Shown here: piece after piece, positions 28,170-39,004 of the stretch | Numbering within the stretch: position 1 is the first letter of the stretch | How the letters are laid out: the number at the start of each line of letters is the position of its first letter | Source: Rhodosorus marinus CCMP1338 | Taxonomy: Eukaryota > Plantae > Rhodophyta | Length of the DNA stretch: 64,000 nt | NCBI GenBank assembly: GCA_029953675.1 | Contig: JAMWBK010000001.1 | Coordinates: forward strand, 2,232,001-2,296,000 | Reading direction: 5' to 3' | The notes under the pieces: generated by a model | What the model saw: the letters and a program-made list of their open reading frames with translations, nothing else | The model's database searches: none | Told to the model about the DNA's origin: nothing | Position numbers and translations under genes: made by a program

Positions 28170-28460
28170 GGTATACAAAGCCGAGAGGTTTAAAGAGTCC
28201 AAATGCCGAGATGCGATCGGAGCTCGCTATGACAACACTTTCATCCTACCAAACGCCTCCACGCAGAAGGAGGCGTTTGGTAGGATGGGTAGGCAAGCTG
28301 ATGAATTCTTGAAAGAGGTGACTGTGCACTTGCAGAACGCATCGACATAAGTCAGCGAAGCACGGGCGACACTCAACCGGTCCTTAGGGTAAGGGAATGC
28401 ACTACTGATCACGAGGCGCGCCGAATTGACGAAGGGAACTATGAGATCATCCTTGTAGTA
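28170..28460 (+). mobile_element. RLE C-terminal relic of a CRE-like element, carrying a perfect hairpin
   Basis: 'AERFKESKC...FIL...EAFGRMGRQADEFLKEV...LNRSLG*GNALLI' matches AE..K..KY / E.FG..G..A..FL..L / QRGNA. Confidence 0.6.
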
Positions 28461-28575
28461 GAACGTAGCCACACAACCCGTTAGGCGGTTTTTAACGCAT
28501 AGACAGACTCCTTATCCTACTGCCCGCTCCAATAGGGAGTCCTTTAGTCAAGCGTTCACGGTTACGCACGGTACG

Positions 28576-29900
28576 GATTACTTCTGAACTCGACAGGTGT
28601 CATGAGCAAGCAAAATCCACCTTTTGTGATCCCACCGAAAAAGGTAACGATTATTGATTCCTCGGCGTCAATACATTGATGAATGAAACCGCTGCCGCGT
28701 AAAACTTTACTGGGTCACTGCCCAGTAAAGTTTACTGGTACGTTAGTCTGGGGTTACGTAAGTTCAATGCCCGAACGCTTAAAAGCTCATCAAAAATAAT
28801 TTATTCTCTTTTCCAATTGTTTTTGGTTGGGGGGTTTGTAGTCACTTAGAATTTTGTCATAGTTTATTGCGTTGCGATGGGCCGTCCGAAGTTTTTCGAA
28901 GTGATAGACTATTGAAAATCAGTATAAAATTACTAGGTGTCAGTTGCAATTCTTGCACCAAACAGGTCCGATTGCCGGGTCCGGTGGACGGGTCGGTATT
29001 TAACCACCCAATATTCGATCATCTCCAGTCCAGGCATTGAACCATGATTACTTCTTGGTATGAAGCATATCATGAATCATGATTACTTCTGAACTCGACA
29101 GGCTGCCATAGCATTGGTTGAGCAAGCAAAATCCACCTTTTGCAATCCCACCGATCAAAGGTAATGGTTCCACGGCGTATTGATGAAAATGAAACCCTTG
29201 TCGCGTCGGCAAACACGACCATGCACCTAAAAAGATGAAAAATCATTGCAAACATATCTAGTAAAGTCAAGTCAAGATATCGGACCCATCGATTTTTTTG
29301 TACCGGACCGAGATGACACGCCTAGTATATCACCGTAAAAGCCAGTATATCACCGTTGGTTCTCGTTGGAAGTGTTCCGCGAAACGCCCTGACCCGTCTG
29401 TCGTCGTCGTTTTAGTTTCTTGCCGTGGCGTATGAACGCTGCTTTGATGTTGGAGTCGCGGCGATCTTCGCCGCGTTAAGTCTTCACTTTTTTCCTCTGA
29501 GGGGTTTTTCTCCAGTCTCCGATTAAACAAAATTCGTTCAGTAAAAATCAAAAAGGTTTGCATTAGGGGGCGGACCCTTATGATATACGGTAATTTATTA
29601 TTTTTATAATATAATCTTGTCCCGGTGGATCTTGTTTTGTTTTATTTTATGACACCTACGGCGGGTTCACCAAAAACACTTCGAAGGGGGGTCGGATCGA
29701 CTTTAGATCAAATGAGAGCTAAATGATTAGTAGTATGTAATTTGCTAGAATTTTGTTTTTTGCAACAATGTCCAACCCCCTAAAATCTCCCCATCAACAA
29801 AATCCCCGCACAAAATCCCCACCTTTTGTGATTATCCCACCTAAAAAGGTAATCATTCCTGGGCGTGTTGATGAAAATGAAACCCTTGTCGCGCCGGCAA
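28576..29900 (+). repeat. Three diverged copies of a ~90-130-bp non-coding repeat
   Basis: Copies at ~28576-28699, ~29081-29212 and ~29811-29900 share CAAAATCC(CC)ACCTTTTG...AAAGGTAA...TTGATGAA(AA)TGAAACC. A related flank occurs at 24194-24234 and 29018-29059. Confidence 0.85.
29353..29540 (+). repeat. ~190-bp dispersed non-coding element, copy A
   Basis: Aligns with the reverse complement of 54435-54632, including the shared exact core AGTTTCTTGCCGTGGCGTATGAACGCTGCTTTGATGTTGGAG. Confidence 0.9.
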
Positions 29901-30621
29901 GATCAAAGAACTAGACATACATAATTTATTTTCGTTTCAGATTTTTGTTGCCCCAATGTCCTGTTTAGGACAGGTTATGTTTATCTTGAGGATCATAGAA
30001 GCCTAGATTAAGACTTGGGAGATAATTTTGTTGTTGTTGTAGATTACTCCCAAAAAAGTCGAAGCTCTTTCTTGCAAGAATTACGTTCTATGACTGTGTG
30101 GGTAATTTGGTTAGGACTTATAATAATTTATTGTTTTTATAAGATACTCTACCCCTCCAACACGAGTCTTGTTTTGTTTTATTTTATGCACGGTAAATCC
30201 GATTTTGGCAAAAAAAACGCACGCCGCGTTCGCGAGTCTCTTGTTCATTGCCTAGAAGGGTCGACTACTGCAGGGTAGGGTCCGCGGTTGAGTTCGGGGT
30301 GGTAGGCTCTTTGTTTTACCAGAAAACAAACAGTCGGGGGGTGGGTATCCGACAAGTGGTGGTTGGGGAAGAGAGTCACAGGCGTATGACTACTGCTTGG
30401 CCTGTTGAGTGACTCGTGTCGTCGCGATGAGGCTTGGCGTTTTTCCTCGTTTCGCGCGGTATAGAAGGTATTTTTGTTTTCGTGGCCCGTTCCCTCAGGG
30501 TTCCGCCCAGGTGGTTTCTCCTCTCAGGGTCGGGGGTGTGTCTGGATAAGCGATTGGATCATACTTGTTTAAGGGATTTTGGGAATGCGGAGAAGAGTGG
30601 GCGGACTTTGGTGCGGCCTCC

Positions 30622-31420
30622 GCAAATTGGAGAACCATCTTTCGACTCTGAGGAGACGGGGGAACACTATTCTATGTGGCCCCTGGGCTAAAAATGTGGC
30701 TCCAAGATCCTTGGGGGTTGCCGAAACAAGTCGCAACGGGCTGACCGCGTCCACAATTGAGCCACAGTAGGAGTGTAGTAGAATTAAAGGCATTTTTGGG
30801 TTTCGGGAGGGACTAATCGGGAACCGGCAAATTGGAGAACGATTCTTGCCGTTCTGTAGAAATCAGGGAACCACAGCTCAGGCTAGCTCCTGGGCAAAAA
30901 ATGCGGCACCAAGATTTGGCGGCACCAAATTTTCGGGGTGTGCAAAGCAAGTCGCAGACGGCGACCATGTCAGGAAAGGAGCCACAGCAGTGCTGTAGTA
31001 GAATCATAGGCATTTTTGTTGCGCGCCCACTATTTCCACTCCGAAATTTTGTCCAGTTCTACTTCGAACTACCCCAAACAGCCAAGCCTGCTAGGGAGGG
31101 TTTGATAGGGTGTAACAAGTACTTGCGGACGCATACTCAAGAGGTAATAATGTGGGAAATACAACTAGTTATCACTACTTTCGATCCTTTCTTGACGTGC
31201 TCAGCTCTTCAAAGCTCTTTTCTCAGCTTGGTCGATCGTTCACGACCTCATTCTGCCCACCAGAGGCTGCTGCGCCATATTTCTGGCCGGGGAGCCCTCC
31301 TGAGATCTGCTCCCTGCTTTCCTTCAAGTGGGAAGATGACACTCTCCAGTTTGCTGGTTCGCAACGCATTCTGGGGTTTGGGAGGGCCTTGCTGCGACCG
31401 GCAAATTGGAAAATGATCTT
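30622..31420 (+). repeat. Diverged ~205-bp tandem repeat (2 copies plus a partial third)
   Basis: GCAAATTGGAGAAC at 30622 and 30827, GCAAATTGGAAAAT at 31401. Shared internal blocks CCTGGGC.AAAAATG.GGC.CCAAGAT, CAAGTCGCA, GAGCCACAG and TGTAGTAGAAT...GGCATTTTT. Confidence 0.85.
31152..31370 (+). mobile_element. Possible decayed tyrosine recombinase C-terminus (DIRS/Ngaro/Crypton-like)
   Basis: 'SYHYFRSFL...FTTSFCPPEAAA...GSPPEICSLLSFKWEDDTLQF' parallels 'Y..F...L...FT.HSFRRGAA...G.P.E.I..LG.W.S....Y' with catalytic residues lost. Confidence 0.35.
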
Positions 31421-31649
31421 CCCACTCTCAAGAAACCACAGAACAACATTTAGAGTAACCCCTCGGCTAAAACGCTCTGGCTCCGAGGCCCTATGGGGAC
31501 CAACAGAAAGAGACCAAGGTGAACAAAAGGCCTTGAACGGCTGACCAAGTTAAGAAAGGAGCAAGGGTAGCGCTGACCAGTCGCATTTTCCGCGTATTGA
31601 CCTCTTGTTTGTGTTTCCATAGCTGTTGGCAAATGGGACGTGTATGATC

Positions 31650-32000
31650 CTGCATAGCAGGCTCGCCTGTTTTGGGGTAGTTCGAAGCAGGGTAAGGGCC
31701 GAATTTCCGCGTGGAAAAGTCAAGGCACAGCAGAAAACGGATTTGTTCACGTTTGCTAAAGCTTTCTCCGGGGTGACCCGCTTAGGAGGAAGGGAGGTGG
31801 GTATGGGACATCGGTATGTTACAAAGAAAATTGATATGGGGGTCTTTCTGGAGGTTCTGAGGGGGGTGTCGCCCGGACGTTGAGAGAACTGTATGGAGCG
31901 TCCCATGACTCTTCTAGCGACATGCAACGTGTGCAGGCCGGAAGTGAGAGGATGTCTAGGATGCAGGTGGAGTCTCATTCGGATGCCGGGGATGGGCATG
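31650..32000 (-). mobile_element. Possible CRE-like relic (knuckle to RLE)
   Basis: 'GLHTLHVARRVMGR...RPGD...PISIFFVTYRCP' follows the expected order G.H...C / RPGD / A.DVT...P. Confidence 0.35.
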
Positions 32001-33182
32001 TTAGGCCCGTATCCCAAGTGTTACGCAAGGAATGGCTGGGACGCAATTAGGGGCTCAGTCGGACCCCGAATGGAAGGTGATCCCATAATATACTCCATCG
32101 TTTAGACCATTCTCCCTGAAATGCTCTAGATCTCATCATATCCTTTCAAGTCCAGGATGATTATCATCTTGAGGACGCTAATTTACACCCATCCGCCTCT
32201 TCCGTTGCTAAGAACCTGCGCGAAGAGGTTTCAGAAACGTATGTCTAGCAAAGTGTTTTTAGGGATTACAAGCTCGTACCATATATGAGTGCGCCTGACC
32301 CTGTGCACGGTGCCTTCATCTGGAACTCAACACCCCCAAATCTCGCCAATATCTACCATTACACAGGGCCTATACAGCTCCCATGCAAAGAAGCCCCACG
32401 ACATATGAGAATATCGTATTGCCTACCCTCCCGTCAAGTTCAGCATTCTGTCCAAACTGTCCCAAACTGTCCCACAAAAGTATTAAAATGACTAACTCAG
32501 TCGTTTTATTTCCTAATAACTTCTGTCCCAGTCGAAGTGTATAGCTGCCACCTTTCTCTACCCCTTTCTGCAAAAACTACTCCATCTACAGTCATCAAAA
32601 TTTCTTCCAATACTGAAAAATCTTTTTCTTCGGCAAATGTCCACAGGGGGCTGGCGGCCGGCAGGGTGCGAACGTCCAATAATAGCAAATCGCGATCCCA
32701 ATCTGTGCTTTATCTAGACATTTCTAAGACTCCAACCTATCCTAGAGCCTCAAATTATAACCCAGCAAACATTTCGAATTTTATCGTATTAAAGAAAACA
32801 TCGCCCAAATCTCTTCCAGGTCCAAAATTTTAGAATATCTCCATTTCGGCGGATTTTATGTATCTTTGTTTTCAAAACATTTGATAAACAACGGACTGTC
32901 CTAATCAGGAGTTTAGTAGACCCCATGGCTCCCCCTAAAATTCTCTAAATATGGAAACTCTGGGGGATTCTATACCTTTTTGGGGGAGGGAGGGAGGAGG
33001 GGAAGTTGGTGTCTTGGGTGGTGGTACCTTTTTGTCAGTTCAAGATGAGTCTGGCGAGGGTGGGCAGGGTTTTGTATGGATTGATGAGCTGGCCTGGGAT
33101 AGTGGCGTAGGTGAGTGATGGGAGGCAATGCGTGTGTGTGTATGTATGTGTCTATGTATAGAGATATATAGACTTTTGGAAT

Positions 33183-34110
33183 ATGGATGTGGTTGATTAT
33201 GTAGGAGTGGTTGCGTTTTTCTATTGGATAGCAGGGTTGATTTTGGTGGGATGCAGCTTGGTATTGGGTAAGGTCAGGGCGATTGTATCGTACGGGAAAC
33301 ATGCGAGAGGATGGGTGGCATCGAAGCAGCCTCCTGCGATCGTACACTCGTTGTTGATCAGAGGCACAGTCCCGAATAAGGTGGCCTGGACCAGCTTTTA
33401 TGCGATTGGGCTCGTGATCAATTCCGTTCTGATCAGGGAGTATTTCTACTTGAAGGACATGAACCTGAGGAGCCTGTCAACTTCTATCATGTTCGAAATT
33501 CATGTGGCGAGGAGATTGATAGAATGTATCTATGTTCATGTGTTCACCCCACGATATTTGCCGCTGTTTCATTACGCCGCAGCAGTTTCTTTTTATTTCT
33601 TCGCCCCGTTGACCCCGTTCCTAGATGCGCTTCTATACCCGGCTGTTCCTTCACCATCCCAAGTGGCTGCAGCTGCGATACTCTTCTCGGCAGCCTCGCT
33701 GATGCAGTGCTTCGTTCACATCCGCCTCGCCGAGTCAAGAGCACTCGGTGGTTCCAAATACGGCGTACCTCGGGGAGGCCTATTCGAACTTGTCGCCTCA
33801 CCTCACTATACCGCCGAGATCGTTATGTACACTGCATTTGTAAGCCACTCCTTCCAAAAAACGATTGCTAAACCCGTCCTCCACTACATCTTTTTTTGTA
33901 AGCTAACATACTCTCTGAACGGTTCATACTTCAATCCAACGCCAGCTGATTGCTTCAAACGGATTAGGTTTCTTCGCGTTTCTCAACTGGCTCTGGGTGT
34001 TCGGAAATCTCGCCCAGTCCGCTCTTGAAACCAACGCTTGGTACAAGCGTACGTTTGTAAAGTCCATGCTCCCGCCGAGAAGAAAGGCACTCATACCTCA
34101 CATTTTGTAA
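33183..34110 (+). CDS. Polyprenol reductase (SRD5A3/DFG10; steroid 5-alpha-reductase family), 2 exons
   Basis: 'YGK', 'VPNKVAWTSFY', 'EIHVARRLIECIY', 'KYGVPRGGLFELVASPHYTAEIVMY'. Last exon 'NLAQSALETNAWY...RRKALIPHIL*'. Confidence 0.9.
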
Positions 34111-34299
34111 ATAAATTAATTCGGAGAGTCCTTCCAATGGAGCATAGCATCACCGAGCAGCAACGATCCAGCGGGGAAGAGAACCCCTCCGGTAGGGCCT
34201 TAGCACTCGTATTGAACGCGAAAGGGGAGGGGGTTCGTAGTTCATTGTTCGATAGGAGCGACAAGGCAGGTGATCTCCAAGGGTCCAAGGGTCATCCAG

Positions 34300-34600
34300 A
34301 AGCTACGAGAGACGCTCAGAATCGCTCCGGGCGCAGGAAAAGCCTCCTGCCCGCTAGGGATGAAAACTGGATCGCTTGTGAGCAGTGCTCGCTGGAGAGT
34401 TTTCGGGAGGGAACGTTTGTAAGAGCATTCGCTGGAACATTCGAAGGAGTCTCGCTTGAGAACTGATTCATGTCGAGTGACAGCTTCGCAGTGAGCAACC
34501 TTCCGTGACAAGCTGCTAAGCGCTCTTCGGCAACAGCGACAGCCTCCCTCTCCTCCAGTGCAGAGCTCAACAGGTTCGATTAGGGCTCCGGGTTTGACTT
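34300..34600 (-). mobile_element. CRE-like zinc-knuckle relic followed by three degenerate NVP 12-mers
   Basis: 'CRCCRRALSSLSRKVAHCEAVTRHESV' resembles C..C....D..G.H...C....RH..V. ~34405-34447 reads PSNVPANALTNVPS in another frame. Confidence 0.4.
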
Positions 34601-34610
34601 GGAAACGACA

Positions 34611-35195
34611 TTAGCTGTGTGTGGTGCCTCGACGACTCTCGACTTCATCATTTGGGTCTTCCCGTGCCAAGCTGACGTCGTCTCTCAAGTGGTCGCATAC
34701 CCTCAGTTTCGCCTGGCACTCGAGGACAGCAGCTTTCCGGTGGATTCTGACGGTATCAGATTCGGCAGGAATGGAGTCGAGCGACTCCAGGCACTGGCGC
34801 AGTCCCTCTTCACAAGATTTTAGCTTCTTCTCGAGAGTATCAAGGACGTCTGCGGTTTCCTCTTTGTCCAAGAATCCTCGCGAGATCTCGTGAAGTGTAG
34901 CGGATAGCTCCTCACGAGTTACGTCCAGCTCCCCCACTCGCTTCTCAACCTTTCGAATCTTAGCCATGGCGTCAGTCTCCTTGCGGCTCTCAGCGGTAGA
35001 TCCCAGCAGCATCACCTTGGAACCTAATTTGACTACAATCTCGTCGTCCGTCAAACTTTTCCCCCTCATTATCAGCTTCTGCGCAGCCGCAGGAACTCCC
35101 GTCCGATCCTCAAGTTGCTTCCGCAGCTCAGCAACGCTGAGCTCATCACTGAACGCGAGCCTGTTCGCTCCGTGAACTACAACGATTTCACCCAT
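34611..35195 (-). CDS. BAG-family co-chaperone (ubiquitin-like domain plus BAG domain; BAG1-like)
   Basis: UBL 'LSVAELRKQLEDRTGVPAAAQKLIMRGKSL...GSKVMLLG'. BAG helices 'EEGLRQCLESLDSI...RIHRKAAVLECQAKL'. Confidence 0.88.
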   Translation of the reverse strand: MGEIVVVHGANRLAFSDELSVAELRKQLEDRTGVPAAAQKLIMRGKSLTDDEIVVKLGSKVMLLGSTAESRKETDAMAKIRKVEKRVGELDVTREELSATLHEISRGFLDKEETADVLDTLEKKLKSCEEGLRQCLESLDSIPAESDTVRIHRKAAVLECQAKLRVCDHLRDDVSLAREDPNDEVESRRGTTHS

Positions 35196-35493
35196 TAATT
35201 AACAGCTCATGAAAGAATGTCCTACAAAACAATAAGAAAAAGAAAGAAAGACACCACACCAAACCCTAGAAACTCCCAATCCTCCCCTCCCACTCTGCGC
35301 GCCCCAACACCCCGAACCCTTCTAACAACCCCTGGCGAGGGGAAGGAATACCTACCAGTGGACCTGACTCATACAAGGGTCCCATTTTGCGTCTCAGTAT
35401 CTGTCTGCAGCTTCACTCTGTCTGGAGTGGTGCTTGCAAAGATACGATGCGTAGGCATAAGGAATCAGTGTATACGGAGGCTCTAACCAACGC

Positions 35494-36600
35494 TTAGGCT
35501 TTTGCAATCTGCCCCTTGCTCACCAGGCTTGTCCCAGCCGTTATGGGACATCTCTTCGGATTCCGATACTGGGGGTGTTTTTCGTTTGCTTGAGCGTTAC
35601 AGTGACCGCCCTGATGCTCTTTCTGAAGCGTATGCTTCCTTTTGAGAGTGAATCTCTGGGGCTGTAACGCTGCCTTAGTTTTGGAGGCGCCCTTCCTAGC
35701 TTGCCACAGTGGGGACCTTGGCCTGCGCATAAAACCGATCTGTCTGTCGACCGCCCAGGATGTGGTATAGGATCAGGCTTAGCAGATAGCACGCCAATGA
35801 TGAGGGGAAAGAGTTGTACAAACAGGCAGCGGTAGTTAGAATCAATCAGATCGACAAGCAGTATGACCGGTTGGCGGTCGTGAGGACTGTAGAATGAAGT
35901 CCAGCGTGTAAGCTCTGCACATGCGATGCTGGGTTTCGCGGATCGAGGAATAGTTGATGCGGAAGTCAAGTTACATAACCGCGAGATTGTCACTTGGGAG
36001 TTAAAAAGCCATATACAAGTTTCCAGATAACCTTCTTGCGGCCTGCGTCGTCAGGTTTTCCCGCAACGTTTCAAACATTGTCGGTCGCACGATCAAGCTG
36101 TGCCATAATCCTCACGATGCTCTGAGAATGTATTCACTGAGTACAGGCGGGCGCCTATAGCACACTTGCGGAAACACCCTCAGTGTGTAGACAGCGCACG
36201 GAGCGTTCACATCGCTTCTCCTTGGACAAGACTCGGAGTAGCACCAGGATATCGTATTAGACGTTATCAACTATGGAGACTGTATTTGTCTGAAGAACCC
36301 TCGGATTGGCTCCACTTGCCAAATGAACCTGCGTGGACGCAGTGAGCTGATTTTCCGGTGCAGACATTCCACAGGAGGGCTCTGGGGGATGGACTAAGTG
36401 ACTGGCTAGTCCGATTGCGAGTGGGCTGGTTGTCGCTGACTGCCGTTCTGTTTGAACGTTGTCGGGCACGCGTTCGTGCTGCACAACAAGTTCTGCTTGA
36501 CAAGATCTGTCCGAGATCGAGTGGGTTGATCTTGTGGTTCCTGAAGGTGGACAAGCTGATGTTCGGATGTTTCATCTTCATGAGGTTGGCTAGATATTAT
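35494..36600 (-). mobile_element. Decayed CRE-like relic (post-RT to RLE)
   Basis: Weak ordered motifs 'YDILVLLR', 'VQSLHAGL' and 'EKHPQY' across several broken frames. Confidence 0.3.
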
Positions 36601-36683
36601 CAGAGATCCAGTTCTTTTCCGATGAAGAGAAGCGAATTCTCTCCGCTGAAGTCGTCTTCGTCGAGGATGGTCGCGGGCGCCTT

Positions 36684-37348
36684 TTAAGCGACGTTCACGA
36701 AGATGGAACCGTCCTCAACCTTCGTTGGATAGACTTTCAGGGGGTTCTCTTCCTTCATCTTGCCAACGAATGGGAGCTTCGGCATGCCAGGGCACCATTC
36801 GCCAACGACATCGCCGGTCTTCATGTTGAAGGCCTAATGAACAGAATTAGGATATCGGGCTTTGAGCTTTCGAAACGGTGCAGGTGAAAATGAAACGCGC
36901 TCATAGTCTAAGGTGTTCGCTTACCGTCTTGTGAGCGCTACAGACGATCGATCCTGTGCTTGTATAGTCTGCTTTCAGGATTTTTCCCTAAATGGGTTTT
37001 GCACAAAAAAAGAACAGGAACAGGGGGAACAAAACAAGAAGGCGATACATGATTAGTCGTCCCGCACAATCATTGCTACAGTTCTTGTGTAATTTCCAGC
37101 ACCTCCAGGGGCAAATTCAGATGTGGACAGCTGTTAGACATTGCGAAGACATCCCCTGCGAACTCCTTAATGAGAACCTTTCCAGAATCGATCTTGACCA
37201 CCTTCTTCCCTCCTTCTGCGTTGAGCTCCTCCACAGTCCCAACAGGAGTCCACTCCTCAGCCATGGCTCGTACAGCCGATCGACCGCACACCGCCCGATC
37301 CACACCACGAACCTTCCCATACATAAACCCGCCGCTCACGAAACCCAT
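36684..37348 (-). CDS. Plastid-targeted Rieske [2Fe-2S] ferredoxin, 3 exons (37348-37103, 36987-36925, 36833-36684), 152 aa
   Basis: Ligand boxes 'SCPHL' and 'CSAHK..F...TG'. MGFV-type transit peptide. Exons join in frame at GT-AG sites. Confidence 0.92.
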
Positions 37349-38579
37349 TTTCAGCAAGAGGATTTAAAAAAAACACACACGCACACGCACTCTCTCTATC
37401 TATCTAAAAACTCTTCTAACGTTCTTCCAATAACCCTCAAAACAAACAAAAGCAAATCCAAACATTCCCCCCCCCCCCCTTCCGCCTGCCACCCGCTCCC
37501 ACCACACCCACCCAAAAGGGCTCATTTGGATCCCTTTCACCCTTCTCAATCCCCAAAATCATATTGTATGTACTCAAAATCTCAGCATTTCCCCACACCA
37601 GCTAAAAAAAAATCCACATCTAGAAAACATCCCAAAAAACCAAGTTCTCAATATCTCAATTAAAAACAATCTAAATATCAGTCAATATGGAAGATTTATT
37701 AATGAAATTCTTTCTGAGTATGCTTTATATTGATTGAAATGTGATTGGAGGTTACGTTAGTCTGGGGTTAACAGGAGGGAGGAAGAAGATGTTGTGGACG
37801 GGGGGCAATGCGGATTGATCCTGGGTTCATGTTATGCAGAAGTAGATGGCTTTCACGTTTGATCCGCGCTTTTATGTATTTGGAAGATCTGATCTGGGCG
37901 GTGAAGGGTTTTTTTGTTTGTTGTTTTTGCCAGTGGGGGAGGGATGGAGAGAAATCGTATGGATTTTTTTTGGTTTGGTCCTGGATAGGCGCTTGTCCTT
38001 GTTCAGCGCGAGTAAAGGAACGGTATTTCGTTGGCGGGGTGTTCAGTACAACTGTGGTAGCGATGAAACGGAAAGCGAATGTCGTACACGTGGAGTGGAA
38101 ATCAGTGTCTTGGAAGAATTTGATAGGTGGGTAGCACCAACCGTAGAGGGTGATCGGCATGACCCGCTTAATTCATAGCGCAGCTTCCCAAAGGAAACAA
38201 CTTAGTTGTGGTAGGATTTTCGATTTCTCTCAACGTGCGAAGTAGAACACTGGCCGTCCTACTAAAGCGAAGACCAACCGCTGCGGTGTTCGACATGTAC
38301 CCTGGAGAAGTGGGCTCCTGTCCGCGCAATTTCGTTGTATTATTGAAAATGTTAGTCGGATTTTTTACTTTTCTGATGAGGATTGGATTGTGATGATTAT
38401 GAAATGGTTTTATTTATTAATAATCTTGATAAACGGGAGGTCTTAATTGGTATGAATTTTATAAACGTATTCTTGATTGGATACTAGTATTTTGTTTCCA
38501 AATTATTTTTGGATGATACTTTTGTTTTCCTGAGTATTTTATTTAGTTTTTCAGGAGGCGAGCCGTATGTTTGTGCTTT

Positions 38580-38900
38580 GTTGTTTAGCCGACGCGATGG
38601 GGGCCGGGGCTTGTGAGGTTGGATTTGGACTTGCTTTGGTTCGATACTCGGGATAAAAACGCCTCCGAATTCGACAGAACCTTTGGTAAAATGCCAAACA
38701 GCTTCTCGGTCAGAACCGTACATGGCATGTTGGCCTCCCAGTCAGTTCTTTTGAGACGGCGGTTGTCCTAATGATGTCTCCGTTTTTGCAAGAGTCGTGA
38801 CCTGCACAGAAAGAGCCTTAGCGAGTCAACCGAAAACTGTGGTTCTGGATTTTGCTTTGGGTAATTTATAGAGCGTAGACGCAAGCATCCCTTTCCGCTG
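38580..38900 (+). mobile_element. CRE-like RT N-terminal relic
   Basis: One frame reads 'PSQFF*DGGCPNDVSVFARV...KTVVLDFALGNL*SVD', matching Q.GVG..GG.E...HA.R and LD..NAFNS.. . Upstream 'RRDGG' resembles KKDGG. Confidence 0.5.
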
Positions 38901-39004
38901 AGGTTAAGTACAAACGCCTCCGGGGCCGGCGGATGGAGACGAAACCGTGACAGTACGATTCAATTACATCTGGATGGTAAAAGTTTGAAGACGCAAAGCG
39001 TAGG

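Noticed and set aside
34316-34570. Second coding exon of the BAG gene
   Set aside because: The BAG ORF has its own stop at 34611 after a complete domain, and another frame here fits a retroelement zinc knuckle better.
36211-36240. U2 snRNA 5' end (ATCGCTTCTC)
   Set aside because: Only 10 nt match; the branch-point recognition sequence and Sm site are absent.
37846-38178. 110-aa ORF starting MAF with 'FRWRGVQY'
   Set aside because: It largely translates a G/T-rich low-complexity tract, and no coherent exon structure or family is supported.
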